From Myxococcota bacterium (GTDB lineage Bacteria; Myxococcota_A; UBA796; CAJQPC01): a DNA stretch of 64,000 bases. The stretch's first letter is position 1; every line of letters starts with the position of its first letter. Made by a program: the position numbers and the translations under genes. The stretch is taken from positions 96,001 through 160,000 of the forward strand of contig JAZAMN010000008.1 in the NCBI GenBank assembly GCA_036229005.1. Reading direction: 5' to 3'. Under the pieces are notes generated by a model. It saw nothing but the letters and a program-made list of their open reading frames with translations, was not told the DNA's origin and searched no databases. Positions 49,597 through 58,636 of the stretch are shown here, one piece after another.

Positions 49597-51645
49597 CTAA
49601 CCCCCCGGTGCAGGCGAGGACACGCTGGCGGCCTTGATCTGGGCATCCAGAGCCTGCAGGCGCGGGTCCTCCGGCCGCAGGGCCAGGTAGGGCGCGAGCA
49701 CCTGGGCGGCCTGCCCGGGCGCTCCGGTGGCCAGCAGCGCGCGGACCTGGCCGTCCACATAGACCAGGTTGTCCGGGCGCGCGGCCCGCAGAGCGGCCAG
49801 AGGCTGGAGGGCGTCGGCGGGGCGGCCGAGCTGGGTGTAGGTCCACCACTGGCCCTCCAGGGCGGGCAGGTGGCCGGGGTAGCGGGCGAGCTCGGCGTCC
49901 AGCAGGGCCAGGGCGGCTTGGGGGTTGCCGCCGGCGGCGACGGCCTGGGACAGGCGGGTGCGCACCCCCACGGGCGGATCCCCGGCGGCGGCGGACTGCT
50001 CCAGGTAGGGCAGCGCGGCCGCGGTGTTCCCGTCCCGGGCCAGCATCAGGCCAAAGTAGCCGGCGACGCGGGCGTGCTCGGGGTCCTGGGCCAGGATCTG
50101 CTGGGCACGCACGGCAGCCCCGAGGCGGTCCCCGGCGGCGAGCAGGGCCTGGACCTGCAGCTCGCTGGCCAAGCGGTCGCTGGGGTCCAGGGCGGAGGCC
50201 TGCTCAGCCAGGGCCAAGGCCTGGGTGTGGTCGCCCATTCGGCCGTGGAGGCTGGCCAGGCGGGCGTGCAGCCGGGCGTCGGAGGGGTGGTGCTCGAGGG
50301 CGATCCAGCCGGCCTCCCGCGCGGCGGCGCTGCGTCCGGCGCGGGAGAGGGCGTCCATGAGGCGGGCGTGGCCCTCGCGCAGCTCCGGCCACTGGGTGGT
50401 GACGGTGGCCAGGGCCTCCAGCTCCGCGCCCAGATCGTCGGCCATGCGGGCGGCGCTGGCCTGCTCCAGCAGGGCCAGGGCCTCCAGGTCGATCGGCGCC
50501 AGGGTGTCCTCGCCGGGGCCAGGGGGGCTCAGGTAGCCGAGGGCCAGCAGCGCGGCCTGGGTGGTGGGGTCCACAGCCTGGGGATGGGGCGGATCCCCTC
50601 GCTCCCCAAGCAAGACCTGGAGCTCGGCCAGTCGGGTGGGGTCCTGCAGAGGGGCGCCGTCGGGGACCTGGGTCAGGGTCGGGGCGTCGAGCACGGAGAG
50701 CCAGGCGCTGTCGTGGACCAGGGCGCGGTGGGGCTCCCAGCCGTAGCGCCAGGTGAGCTGCCAGGACTGCAGGCGCAGGGGGCGGGGGTTGCCGGGCTGG
50801 GGGGCGCCGTCGAGTTCGGCGGGGATGGGGAGCTGCAGGGCGCTGAGCAGGGTGGGCATCAGGTCCGCGAGGCCGACGGGCTGGGAGACCACCTGCTGGG
50901 GGACGCCGGGGCCGGCCATGACCCAGGGGACGCGCACCTGGGGGGGATCGACCAGCAGGCCGTGCTCCTGCTCCAGAGTGCCGTCGCCGAGGCCCTCGCC
51001 GTGGTCGCCGACGACGAGCCAGAGGGTGTCCGCGGGGCGCTCCCCGAGGCGCTGGACCAGGGCGGAAAGGGCGGCGTCCACCCGCTCAAGCTCGGCGTTG
51101 TAGCTGCCTTCGTAGGGGGCGTGGGGGTCGTAGAGGTGCACCCACAGGAACACGGGCTCGGGGTGCTCGTCCAGCAGGGCGAAGGCGGCGTCCAGGACCT
51201 GCGTGGCGCTGCGCTCCCGGCGCCAGGGGTTGTCGGCGGCCTGGGGTAGCTCGGCGTCCACGGCGGTGAAGCCCTGGTGCAGGCCGAACTGGGGGTGGGT
51301 GACGAAGGCGCCGATGGCGCTCAGGGGGGTCCAGCCGGCCTCGCCCAGGACCTCGCCCAGGGTGAGGACCTCGGGGGACAGGGGCGTGCCGTTGGCGTGG
51401 ACGCCGTGGTGCTGGGGCTCCAGGCCGCTGAGGATGCTGGCGTGGGCCGGGCCGGTCAGGGGGGTGGGGCTCAGGGCGAGCTCGAAGCGGGTGCCGCGGT
51501 CGGCCAGCGCCTGCAGCGCGGGGGTGGGGACGGGGCCGCCGTAGGGGCTCAGGCGATCCGCGCGGGTGGTGTCCCAGGTGACCAGGACCACGTCGGGCGT
51601 GGGGTCGCGCTGACAGGCCAGCGCGCTGAGCAGAAGCAGGCTCAC
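49597..51645 (-). CDS. Sulfatase-like hydrolase with C-terminal TPRs (lipoprotein)
   Basis: DTTRADRL, PLTGPAHASILSG, HLYDPHAPY, GDHGE; TPR tail; GTGA overlap. Confidence 0.88.
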   Translation of the reverse strand: MSLLLLSALACQRDPTPDVVLVTWDTTRADRLSPYGGPVPTPALQALADRGTRFELALSPTPLTGPAHASILSGLEPQHHGVHANGTPLSPEVLTLGEVLGEAGWTPLSAIGAFVTHPQFGLHQGFTAVDAELPQAADNPWRRERSATQVLDAAFALLDEHPEPVFLWVHLYDPHAPYEGSYNAELERVDAALSALVQRLGERPADTLWLVVGDHGEGLGDGTLEQEHGLLVDPPQVRVPWVMAGPGVPQQVVSQPVGLADLMPTLLSALQLPIPAELDGAPQPGNPRPLRLQSWQLTWRYGWEPHRALVHDSAWLSVLDAPTLTQVPDGAPLQDPTRLAELQVLLGERGDPPHPQAVDPTTQAALLALGYLSPPGPGEDTLAPIDLEALALLEQASAARMADDLGAELEALATVTTQWPELREGHARLMDALSRAGRSAAAREAGWIALEHHPSDARLHARLASLHGRMGDHTQALALAEQASALDPSDRLASELQVQALLAAGDRLGAAVRAQQILAQDPEHARVAGYFGLMLARDGNTAAALPYLEQSAAAGDPPVGVRTRLSQAVAAGGNPQAALALLDAELARYPGHLPALEGQWWTYTQLGRPADALQPLAALRAARPDNLVYVDGQVRALLATGAPGQAAQVLAPYLALRPEDPRLQALDAQIKAASVSSPAPGG

Positions 51646-52664
51646 AGTTGCTCCAGGCTGCGGAGGGGGCTCTCGTTCCAGGCGTCCCACTGGCGGGCCC
51701 ACCGCTGGGCCTCTTTGGCGTCGCCCATCGCCACGGCTGCGTACCAGAGCGAGGCCACCAGCTCCGGGTGGGGGCCCTGGTGCTCGGGGGCGTGGGCGGC
51801 GTGGAAGGCCAGGGCCTCTCGGGGCGCGCCCAGATCCACCAGCACGCGCATGTGCACGGCCTGCAGGTCGGGGTGGTGCGCCACCATGCCCTGGGCCTGC
51901 TCCAGCAGGTGGGCGGCGCCCTGGGGCCACCCGCTGCGGCGCAGGGACTCGGCGAGCAGGGCGCGGGCGCGGGGGTCCTGGGCGCGCTGGCGCAGGGCGC
52001 TTCGGGCGTGCTCGGCGGCGGCGGCGGGGTTGCCCAGGTCCAGCTCCAGGCGGGCCAGGGTGCGCTGGTTGGTGCGGTCCGCCTGGAGCTCGGGGGGGAG
52101 CGCGCGCAGCAGGGTGTCGCCGCGGTCGGTCTGTCCTCGCTCGAAGCAGAGGCGCGCCATGAGCAGGGGCAGCGTGGTGTTCAGCGGTGCATGGACCGCC
52201 ATGTGGTCGTGCAGCGCAGCCGCCTCCTCCTCCCGGCCGGCCCGGGCCAGGTACCACCAGGTCACGGCGCTGCGGTCGGGATCGCCCTTGCGCGCCAGCG
52301 CGTCGCTCTCCAGCATCCAGTCGGCGGCCTGGGACCACTGGTGCCAGCTCGCGTGGCAGCGGGCCATGGACTCGGCGAAGGCGGCGTCGTAGAGCTGCGG
52401 GAGCTCGGCCAGGCCGGGGACCCCGTCGGCGCAGTGGCCGGTGGCGATGCGCGCCCGCAGGTACAGGCCCGGGGCGGCGGGGTGTGTGTCGAGCAGGGCG
52501 GGGAGCAGGGTCAGGGCCTTGGCGTGGCCGCCTCTGCGCATCAGGTGCTGGACGCGCTGCAGCTCGGAGGGGCGCTCGCTCGGGAGTCTTGGGGGCGCGG
52601 TGGCCCGCAGTCTGGGCGCGGGGGCTTGTCCCAGGGACAGGGTGGAGAGCAGCAGGAGCAGCAT
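51642..52664 (-). CDS. Secreted TPR protein
   Basis: MLLLLLSTLSLG; TPR repeats (ARALLAESLRRSG). Confidence 0.7.
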   Translation of the reverse strand: MLLLLLSTLSLGQAPAPRLRATAPPRLPSERPSELQRVQHLMRRGGHAKALTLLPALLDTHPAAPGLYLRARIATGHCADGVPGLAELPQLYDAAFAESMARCHASWHQWSQAADWMLESDALARKGDPDRSAVTWWYLARAGREEEAAALHDHMAVHAPLNTTLPLLMARLCFERGQTDRGDTLLRALPPELQADRTNQRTLARLELDLGNPAAAAEHARSALRQRAQDPRARALLAESLRRSGWPQGAAHLLEQAQGMVAHHPDLQAVHMRVLVDLGAPREALAFHAAHAPEHQGPHPELVASLWYAAVAMGDAKEAQRWARQWDAWNESPLRSLEQL

Positions 52665-52747
52665 GGGGTTCAGGCTATCCCGCTGCTCTCCAGGTACGAC
52701 CGCCGGTGCGCGAGTTGGCTCGCTGGCGACCGGCGCCCGATCGAGGA

Positions 52748-52969
52748 CTACTCGACCAGGGGGTTGCCGTTGGCGTCCTTGAAGTCGCCCTTGATGATCT
52801 GGATGATGTCGATCAGCTGCCACACACCGCAGCCGCCGAAGGTGAGCAGCTGCAGGATGCCGGTGCCGATGTGCCCCGCGTAGATGCGGTGGATACCGGC
52901 GAAGCCGAACGCCAGGGGGGCGCCAGCCAGGATCAGGGCCATCTGCTTCTTCTTGCTCTCGTCGGACAT
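52748..52969 (-). CDS. TM2 domain protein
   Basis: GIHRIYAGH..TGILQLLTFGGCGVWQLIDII...DANG. Confidence 0.9.
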   Translation of the reverse strand: MSDESKKKQMALILAGAPLAFGFAGIHRIYAGHIGTGILQLLTFGGCGVWQLIDIIQIIKGDFKDANGNPLVE

Positions 52970-53033
52970 TGGACTCTCCTGTCTCGGTTGCGCTCGACAA
53001 CGCAGTCTGCACCCTTCCGCTTTCAGCTTGGGT

Positions 53034-53813
53034 TCATTTTTTTGTGGAGGGGGTGTTGTGCAGGTCCAGCCGCACGCGGAAGTCGATCTCGTCCCACAGC
53101 GGCCAGGGGTGTCGGGGGCGCACTCCGAGCGCGGTGCGCGCCGCGTGGGGGTCCCCGTTCCGGCGCATGCCCTCGGCCAGCAGGGCGCGGGCGGTGGGGT
53201 GCCGGGGGTGGCGGTTCAGGACGGCCTGGGCGTTGCGCTCCATGGCCAGGCGGTCGTCCAGGGCCAGGGCGATCTCGGCCTGCAGCAGGCGCACGCTCCA
53301 GTCCCGGCGCTGTCGGCGGGTCAGGCAGCGCAGCCAGTCCTGGGCGTCGTGGGGGCGGCCGTCCTCCAGGGCGATGCGGGCGCGGACCAGCAGGTAGCGG
53401 GGGTGCAGCGGATCCTGGCGCTCGATCCCGCGGGCGATGCGGGCGGCCTCCATCGGCTCGTCGGCGCGCCAGGTGTGGAGGAGCTGGTTTGCGCGGTGCT
53501 TGCGGGCCAGGTGCGGGTCCAGCTCGGCGTCCGCGGCGATCCCGGCCCAGAGCGCCGCGTGGGCGTCCAGTCCGCTCTGGGCGTAGCATTGGGACACCTG
53601 CTGGGCCTGCTCGGGGGTGGGCGGCCGGTCGATCCGGTCCGCGAGCATCCAGTCGGCGACCCAGCAGCGTCGGGCCCGCAGCGCCCGCTTGAGCTGCGTC
53701 TGCTCAGCCCTCTGCGCCCGCTCGGCCTCGGTCAAGCTGGCGGGCTCCGGGATCGCGTCCAGCTCCAGCGCGGCGGCTGGGGAGAGCAGCAAGGTGAGCA
53801 GCAGGCCGGTCAT
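53034..53813 (-). CDS. Secreted TPR protein
   Basis: Signal peptide; ADWML and ARALLAEGMRRNG shared with 51642-52664. Confidence 0.7.
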   Translation of the reverse strand: MTGLLLTLLLSPAAALELDAIPEPASLTEAERAQRAEQTQLKRALRARRCWVADWMLADRIDRPPTPEQAQQVSQCYAQSGLDAHAALWAGIAADAELDPHLARKHRANQLLHTWRADEPMEAARIARGIERQDPLHPRYLLVRARIALEDGRPHDAQDWLRCLTRRQRRDWSVRLLQAEIALALDDRLAMERNAQAVLNRHPRHPTARALLAEGMRRNGDPHAARTALGVRPRHPWPLWDEIDFRVRLDLHNTPSTKK

Positions 53814-53868
53814 GGGCGTCCCTGGGGACTCCAGTGTACGGCAGCATCGTCTCGCTATTTCGGGGCGA

Positions 53869-55965
53869 TCAAGCGTCGCTTCTGAGCAGCACCACCGCCG
53901 CTCCCGGGTCCAGGCGCCAGCCCTGCTCGTGCCGCTGGATCAGCTCCTTGAGCCCCAGCTTGCGCAGCCCGGACAGAGCCACCGCCAGCCGGTTCTTGGC
54001 CGCGCTGTACTGGATGCGCTCGCCGGGCCAGCCCGCTTCGATCAGGTCCTCGGCCTCCCGCACCATGTGGGGCCCCTGCTCGGCGGCTTGGGCCAGGGAG
54101 GTGAGGATCCGGGCGTGCGCAGCTTTGGGGAGCACCTCCTGGCGGGCTTGGCCCGGGAGCTGGATCCAGGCCCCCCCGGCGCCAACGAGGACACACTGGC
54201 CCGACCCCAGGGCGCGCCGCTCCAGCAGACGGAGCAGCAGGCGGGCGTCGTCGCTGCGGTCCGCGAGCTGCTCGATCAGCACGAGCCGGCGCCCCAGAGC
54301 GCTGGGCAGGTCGCCAGCCTCCCACTCCAGCACGGCGCGCCAGCCAGCCACGAGCTGGGCGGCCAGGGGGTCGCCGGCGGGCAAGGCGGCCTCGGCGCGG
54401 TCGTGGTGGGCGCGGGCGGCCTCCAGGTCGGCGCGCAGGGCGGCCACGGCGCTGCGGCGGGCGTGGCAGAGGGCGGCGGAGCCCGGGTCGCTGTCCCCCA
54501 GCAGGCGCAGGGCCTGCCGGTAGCGCTGGTCGGCGGCCTCCAGGTGGTCTTCGAGCAGCTCGGCGGCGCCCTGGTTGACCCGGGTGATGGCCAGGTAGCG
54601 GCGGTCCGGGGCGCGGGTCAGGCAGGCCACGGCGCGCTGGAAGGCGGCGCGGGCTTCGGGCACGCGGTCCAGCTCCAGCAGCAGGGCGCCCTGGTTGGAG
54701 TGCAGGATCCCGCGCACGCGGTCGTCCCCCAGGCGCAGGGTCTGGGCCTGGGCCTGCTGGTAGCCGGCCAGGGCGGCCTCGTGTCGGCCCAGGTCGTGGT
54801 CCAGGGCGGCCAGGTTCGCCAGGCACAGCGAGCGGGCGCGGCGCAGATCCAGGGCCTCCAGCTCGCTCAGGGCCTGCTGGTAGGCGGCGTGCGCGGGCTC
54901 GGAGTCCCGCAGGCGGTGGTGAGCCAGCGCCAGCTCCAGGCGGGCGATGGCGGCGTCGTGGGGCTCGGCGTTGGGCCCGTTGAGCGCCTGGGCCAGGGTG
55001 TCCGCGGCGGCGCGTCGGTCCCCCAGGCTCTGGTGGGCGCGGGCCGCGCAGCGGGCGCTCAAGACCGGCTGCAGAGGCGCGCTCTGCAGGCGCTCCAGCA
55101 GCCCCTGGGGGTCCTCTCCCGAGAGGCTCCAGGCCAGGAACTGCCAAGGTTGATCCGTGGTGATCTCCGGCCACAGTCCACAGCGGAACCACTGCTTGGA
55201 GCCGCCCTGGCTGTCCCAGCGGGCGATGCGCGCCTGGGCCTCGCTGCGCAGCCAGTCCAGGTAGGGGGCGCGGTCGGCGGCCTGCCAGTGCCGCAGGACC
55301 TCGGCGATCGCGGGCATCACCCGCAGCTCCCCGGGAGACTCCACGCGGGCCCAGCCGGTGGCCAACAGGCCGCCCAGGGCGGGGCCGTGGCCGCAGTGGT
55401 CCAGGCCGGCGCGCTGGGCGGGGCCGGGCAGGTGGCAGAGCAGGGAGAGCGCGGTGCGCTCGGCGTCGGTGAGGGCGCCCCAGGCCTCCCGCAGTCCGGG
55501 CCACTCGGGAATGGGGTCGGCCAGGATGGCCTCGATGCGGTGCTCGGGCCAGCGGCGGGCCGCCGCGACCAGGGCCGTGGGGTGGCCGTCCAGGCGGCGG
55601 AGCAGGGCGCGCAGGGCGGCGCTGTCCTGGAGGCCGGGGGTGAGCTGCAGGAAGAGCGCCAGGGCCGCGTCGCGCTCCAGAGGGGCGAGCTCCAGCACCT
55701 TCCAGCCCGGGCCGGGGCGGGGGCCGGCGGCGATCACGGGGTGCTTGAAGGCCGCGCTCGCCAGGCCCGCGGGCGCGTCGTCCACGCACACCAGGTTGTC
55801 GGTGGGCACGGCGTCCAGCCAGTCTTGGGGCCCGTCCAGCCAGAGCACCCCGCCGGGCCAGCGCTCGGCGGCCTGGCGCATCGCGTGGGTGCGGCCGCTG
55901 CCGGGCGCGCCCTTGAGCCACACGCCCAGGCCCTGGTGGAGGGCCGCCAGGATGTCCTCGGTCAC
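53869..55965 (-). CDS. Degenerate STAND-like ATPase + TPR + C-terminal wHTH regulator
   Basis: GAPGSGRT, LDGHPTAL (GxP), TPRs, LIEAGWPGERI..AAKNRLAVALSGLRKLGL. Confidence 0.75.
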   Translation of the reverse strand: MTEDILAALHQGLGVWLKGAPGSGRTHAMRQAAERWPGGVLWLDGPQDWLDAVPTDNLVCVDDAPAGLASAAFKHPVIAAGPRPGPGWKVLELAPLERDAALALFLQLTPGLQDSAALRALLRRLDGHPTALVAAARRWPEHRIEAILADPIPEWPGLREAWGALTDAERTALSLLCHLPGPAQRAGLDHCGHGPALGGLLATGWARVESPGELRVMPAIAEVLRHWQAADRAPYLDWLRSEAQARIARWDSQGGSKQWFRCGLWPEITTDQPWQFLAWSLSGEDPQGLLERLQSAPLQPVLSARCAARAHQSLGDRRAAADTLAQALNGPNAEPHDAAIARLELALAHHRLRDSEPAHAAYQQALSELEALDLRRARSLCLANLAALDHDLGRHEAALAGYQQAQAQTLRLGDDRVRGILHSNQGALLLELDRVPEARAAFQRAVACLTRAPDRRYLAITRVNQGAAELLEDHLEAADQRYRQALRLLGDSDPGSAALCHARRSAVAALRADLEAARAHHDRAEAALPAGDPLAAQLVAGWRAVLEWEAGDLPSALGRRLVLIEQLADRSDDARLLLRLLERRALGSGQCVLVGAGGAWIQLPGQARQEVLPKAAHARILTSLAQAAEQGPHMVREAEDLIEAGWPGERIQYSAAKNRLAVALSGLRKLGLKELIQRHEQGWRLDPGAAVVLLRSDA

Positions 55966-56450
55966 GGCAGGCGCGTCATGGTGAAGGCGCGGTCGGGGTC
56001 GTCCAGGGGTTGGACCTGGATCTGCTGAGGGCCCCCGTCAAAGGGATCGATGGGCTCCACCTGCCTGAACTGCACCCCGTCGCACCAGGTGCCCGAGAGC
56101 TCCCCGTCGTGCAGGATGGCCCCGCTGCGGCAGCCATCGGGGGCCGCGTCGTAGAGCCCGCCGTCCTCGAAGGGGGTCAGGGTGCCCTGCATCAGCGTGT
56201 CCTCGCTGGTGAGCTCGAAGTCCTGCCCGTTGAGGGACAGGGTCCAGGTTCCGTCGGTGCTGGTCATGGTGTCGCTCTGGATCCAGGTCGACTCCTCCAC
56301 CTGCTCCCCCTGCCCACACAGGTAGCCCTGGCCGGAGGGGAGCAAGCCGATCACGCCCCAGTCGGGGAGCTCGGCCCACCCCGACCCATCCTGGGCGCAC
56401 GCGGACAGAAGGAGCATCAGGGCGACGGCGAGGACAGGCTTGCGCTTCAT
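55962..56450 (-). CDS. Hypothetical lipoprotein
   Basis: MKRKPVLAVALMLLLSAC lipobox. Confidence 0.75.
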   Translation of the reverse strand: MKRKPVLAVALMLLLSACAQDGSGWAELPDWGVIGLLPSGQGYLCGQGEQVEESTWIQSDTMTSTDGTWTLSLNGQDFELTSEDTLMQGTLTPFEDGGLYDAAPDGCRSGAILHDGELSGTWCDGVQFRQVEPIDPFDGGPQQIQVQPLDDPDRAFTMTRLP

Positions 56451-56492
56451 GACGCAGACTCTAGCCCCTGGCCGCCGCCCTTGCATGGAGGG

Positions 56493-58562
56493 TCAGTCGG
56501 CCCCGACGACGATGAGGGTGGCGACGGCCTCCGAGAAGTCCCGGGGAGCGGGCCAGTCGACCAGGGTCTCGTCGCTGTCGCTGTAGTAGTTGTAGGGGGT
56601 GAAGTAGTAGGTGCCGGGCTCGGAGGGGGCGTAGATGGCGAAGGACTCGCTGCCGGAGTGGGTGTTGGAGCCGGTCAGGGTGTCGATGTACTGGTAGTCG
56701 AAGTAGTCCTCACCGCCGGCGGGGCTGTGGGCCATCATGTAGACCTGCCAGTAGCAGCTCCCGCTGCAGGCCCCCATGTTGAAGTCCCAGTCGTAGTTGA
56801 GGGTCAGGGGGGTGTTGGGGACGGTGACGGCGATGTAGTGGCCGTTCTCGGCCCAGTGGGCGCCGCTGATCTGGAAGCTCCCGTTGTCACGCTCGTAGAG
56901 GTAGTCGCCGGCCTCGCGGCAGCCGTTCTCCAGGGGCACGGCGGGGTCGCTGCCCAGGTAGACCTCCAGGCTGTCGTCGATGCAGTCGCTGTCGCTGTCG
57001 GCGCTGTTGGGGTCGCTGCCCCAGGTGTGCACCTCCTCGCCGTCGGGGATGCCGTCGAGGTCGCTGTCGACGCTCAGGGGGTCGGACTTGGTCTGGTTGA
57101 CCTCCTCGCCGTCCAGCAGCCCGTCGCCGTCGCTGTCGGCCACCAACAGGTCGGTGCCGTAGGCCTTCTCCTGGCGGCGCCCCAGGCCGTCGCCGTCCTC
57201 GTCCTCCACGTAGATGAGCTGCAGCACGTCGCCGGACTTGAGCTCCAGCTTGCCGAAGTCGTAGTCGGCGGAGTCGGGGTTGTAGACGTCCACGGTCTGC
57301 ACCAGGCCGTCGGTGGAGATGTGGACGGTGGTCCAGTAGCCGTTCTTCTCGGGGTTGTTGGCGACGTCGCGGACGCTGAGCAGCTCGCGGTTCTCGTCCA
57401 TCTCGTAGGGCAGGTCCAGGATCTCCGTCATCGCGTCCCAGGCGGTGATGCGCAGGTTCTCGGAGTCGATGTTGGTGGCCACCTGGTAGCGCTCGGAGTC
57501 GAGCAGGGTGTCCTCGCCCTCGTAGTCGACGATGATCGTGGCGGTGCGGGCCATGATGTCGGTCTGGTTGTGGGTGAAGCTGCGGCCGTCCACGTCGGTC
57601 AGCTCGTAGGCGACCACGCGCAGGTGCAGGTTGGTGGAGTCCTCCAGCAGGGCCTGGGCGGTGCCGGTGTCCAGGCCGTCATTGAGGAAGACCATGGGGC
57701 CGTTGACCTGCCCGGGGCCGTAGCTGAACTCGGGGAAGGCGTTGAACTCGGTGTCGAAGTTCAGGTTGGCGACGGGGCTGAGCACCTGCTCGCGCCCGGG
57801 GGTGGACATGTAGGCGGAGAGCACCAGGTTGGAGAGGGTGTAGGCGATGTCGCCGGTGTTCTGGACGTCCACGGTGACGGCGATCACGCCGCCGCTGACG
57901 CTGGTGCCCTCGGACTGGGCCAGGGCCTCGGCCTCGGCGAAGCCCTCGCTGTTCTCCTGGGACTGCTCGGAGGACCAGGTGAAGCTGGTCTCGTTGGTGG
58001 TCGCCAGGGAGCTCTCGAAGCTGACGGTGGCCTCGACGCTGCCGGAGAAGCCGCCGGGGAAGCCGGCCGAGGCGCTGGTGGTGACCGACGCGCCGGTGGT
58101 CACGGCGAACTCGACGGAGTGGCTGTTGGTGGACTCCTTGCCGGTGGTCACGGTGTTGGAGGACTCGGTGCTGCGGGTGACCTCGACCACCTCTTCGGTG
58201 CCGGTGCTGGACTCGTAGAGCAGGGCCAGCGAGGGCGGGCTGGTGATGTCCACCTCGATGCGCGGGGTGTCCGCGATGCGGGGGTTGAACTTGAAGTTGT
58301 TGTTCTCGGGGGAGAAGCCCAGCTCGACCACCTCGCGGAAGTCGGAGAAGCCGTCGCCGTCGGTGTCGGCCAGGTGCAGGGCGGTGCCCAGCTCCAGCTC
58401 CTCGCAGTCGTCCAGGCCGTCGCCGTCGGTGTCGGTGCCGAACACGCAGCCGCCGGTGTCCTGGGGGCTGGTGTCCTCGACTACGGGCTCCGGCTCCACC
58501 TTGCAGGCGGTCAGGGCCAGGGCGCTCAGGGTGGTGAGGATGAGATTGCGGGCTGAAATCAT
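56493..58562 (-). CDS. Lipoprotein with Ca-binding DxDxDG repeats and binary-toxin B/protective-antigen-like domain
   Basis: GGAGG + MISARNLILTTLSALALTAC; DTDGDGFSDFREV, NPRIADTPRIEVD, Ser/Thr-rich amphipathic stretch, NTGDIAY. Confidence 0.75.
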   Translation of the reverse strand: MISARNLILTTLSALALTACKVEPEPVVEDTSPQDTGGCVFGTDTDGDGLDDCEELELGTALHLADTDGDGFSDFREVVELGFSPENNNFKFNPRIADTPRIEVDITSPPSLALLYESSTGTEEVVEVTRSTESSNTVTTGKESTNSHSVEFAVTTGASVTTSASAGFPGGFSGSVEATVSFESSLATTNETSFTWSSEQSQENSEGFAEAEALAQSEGTSVSGGVIAVTVDVQNTGDIAYTLSNLVLSAYMSTPGREQVLSPVANLNFDTEFNAFPEFSYGPGQVNGPMVFLNDGLDTGTAQALLEDSTNLHLRVVAYELTDVDGRSFTHNQTDIMARTATIIVDYEGEDTLLDSERYQVATNIDSENLRITAWDAMTEILDLPYEMDENRELLSVRDVANNPEKNGYWTTVHISTDGLVQTVDVYNPDSADYDFGKLELKSGDVLQLIYVEDEDGDGLGRRQEKAYGTDLLVADSDGDGLLDGEEVNQTKSDPLSVDSDLDGIPDGEEVHTWGSDPNSADSDSDCIDDSLEVYLGSDPAVPLENGCREAGDYLYERDNGSFQISGAHWAENGHYIAVTVPNTPLTLNYDWDFNMGACSGSCYWQVYMMAHSPAGGEDYFDYQYIDTLTGSNTHSGSESFAIYAPSEPGTYYFTPYNYYSDSDETLVDWPAPRDFSEAVATLIVVGAD

Positions 58563-58636
58563 GCTTGCCTCCTCCGCGGACTCAGCGGGTGAAGTCAAGC
58601 TATGGAGGGGCCCTTGGGACCGCGCCTTAAAGGCCC

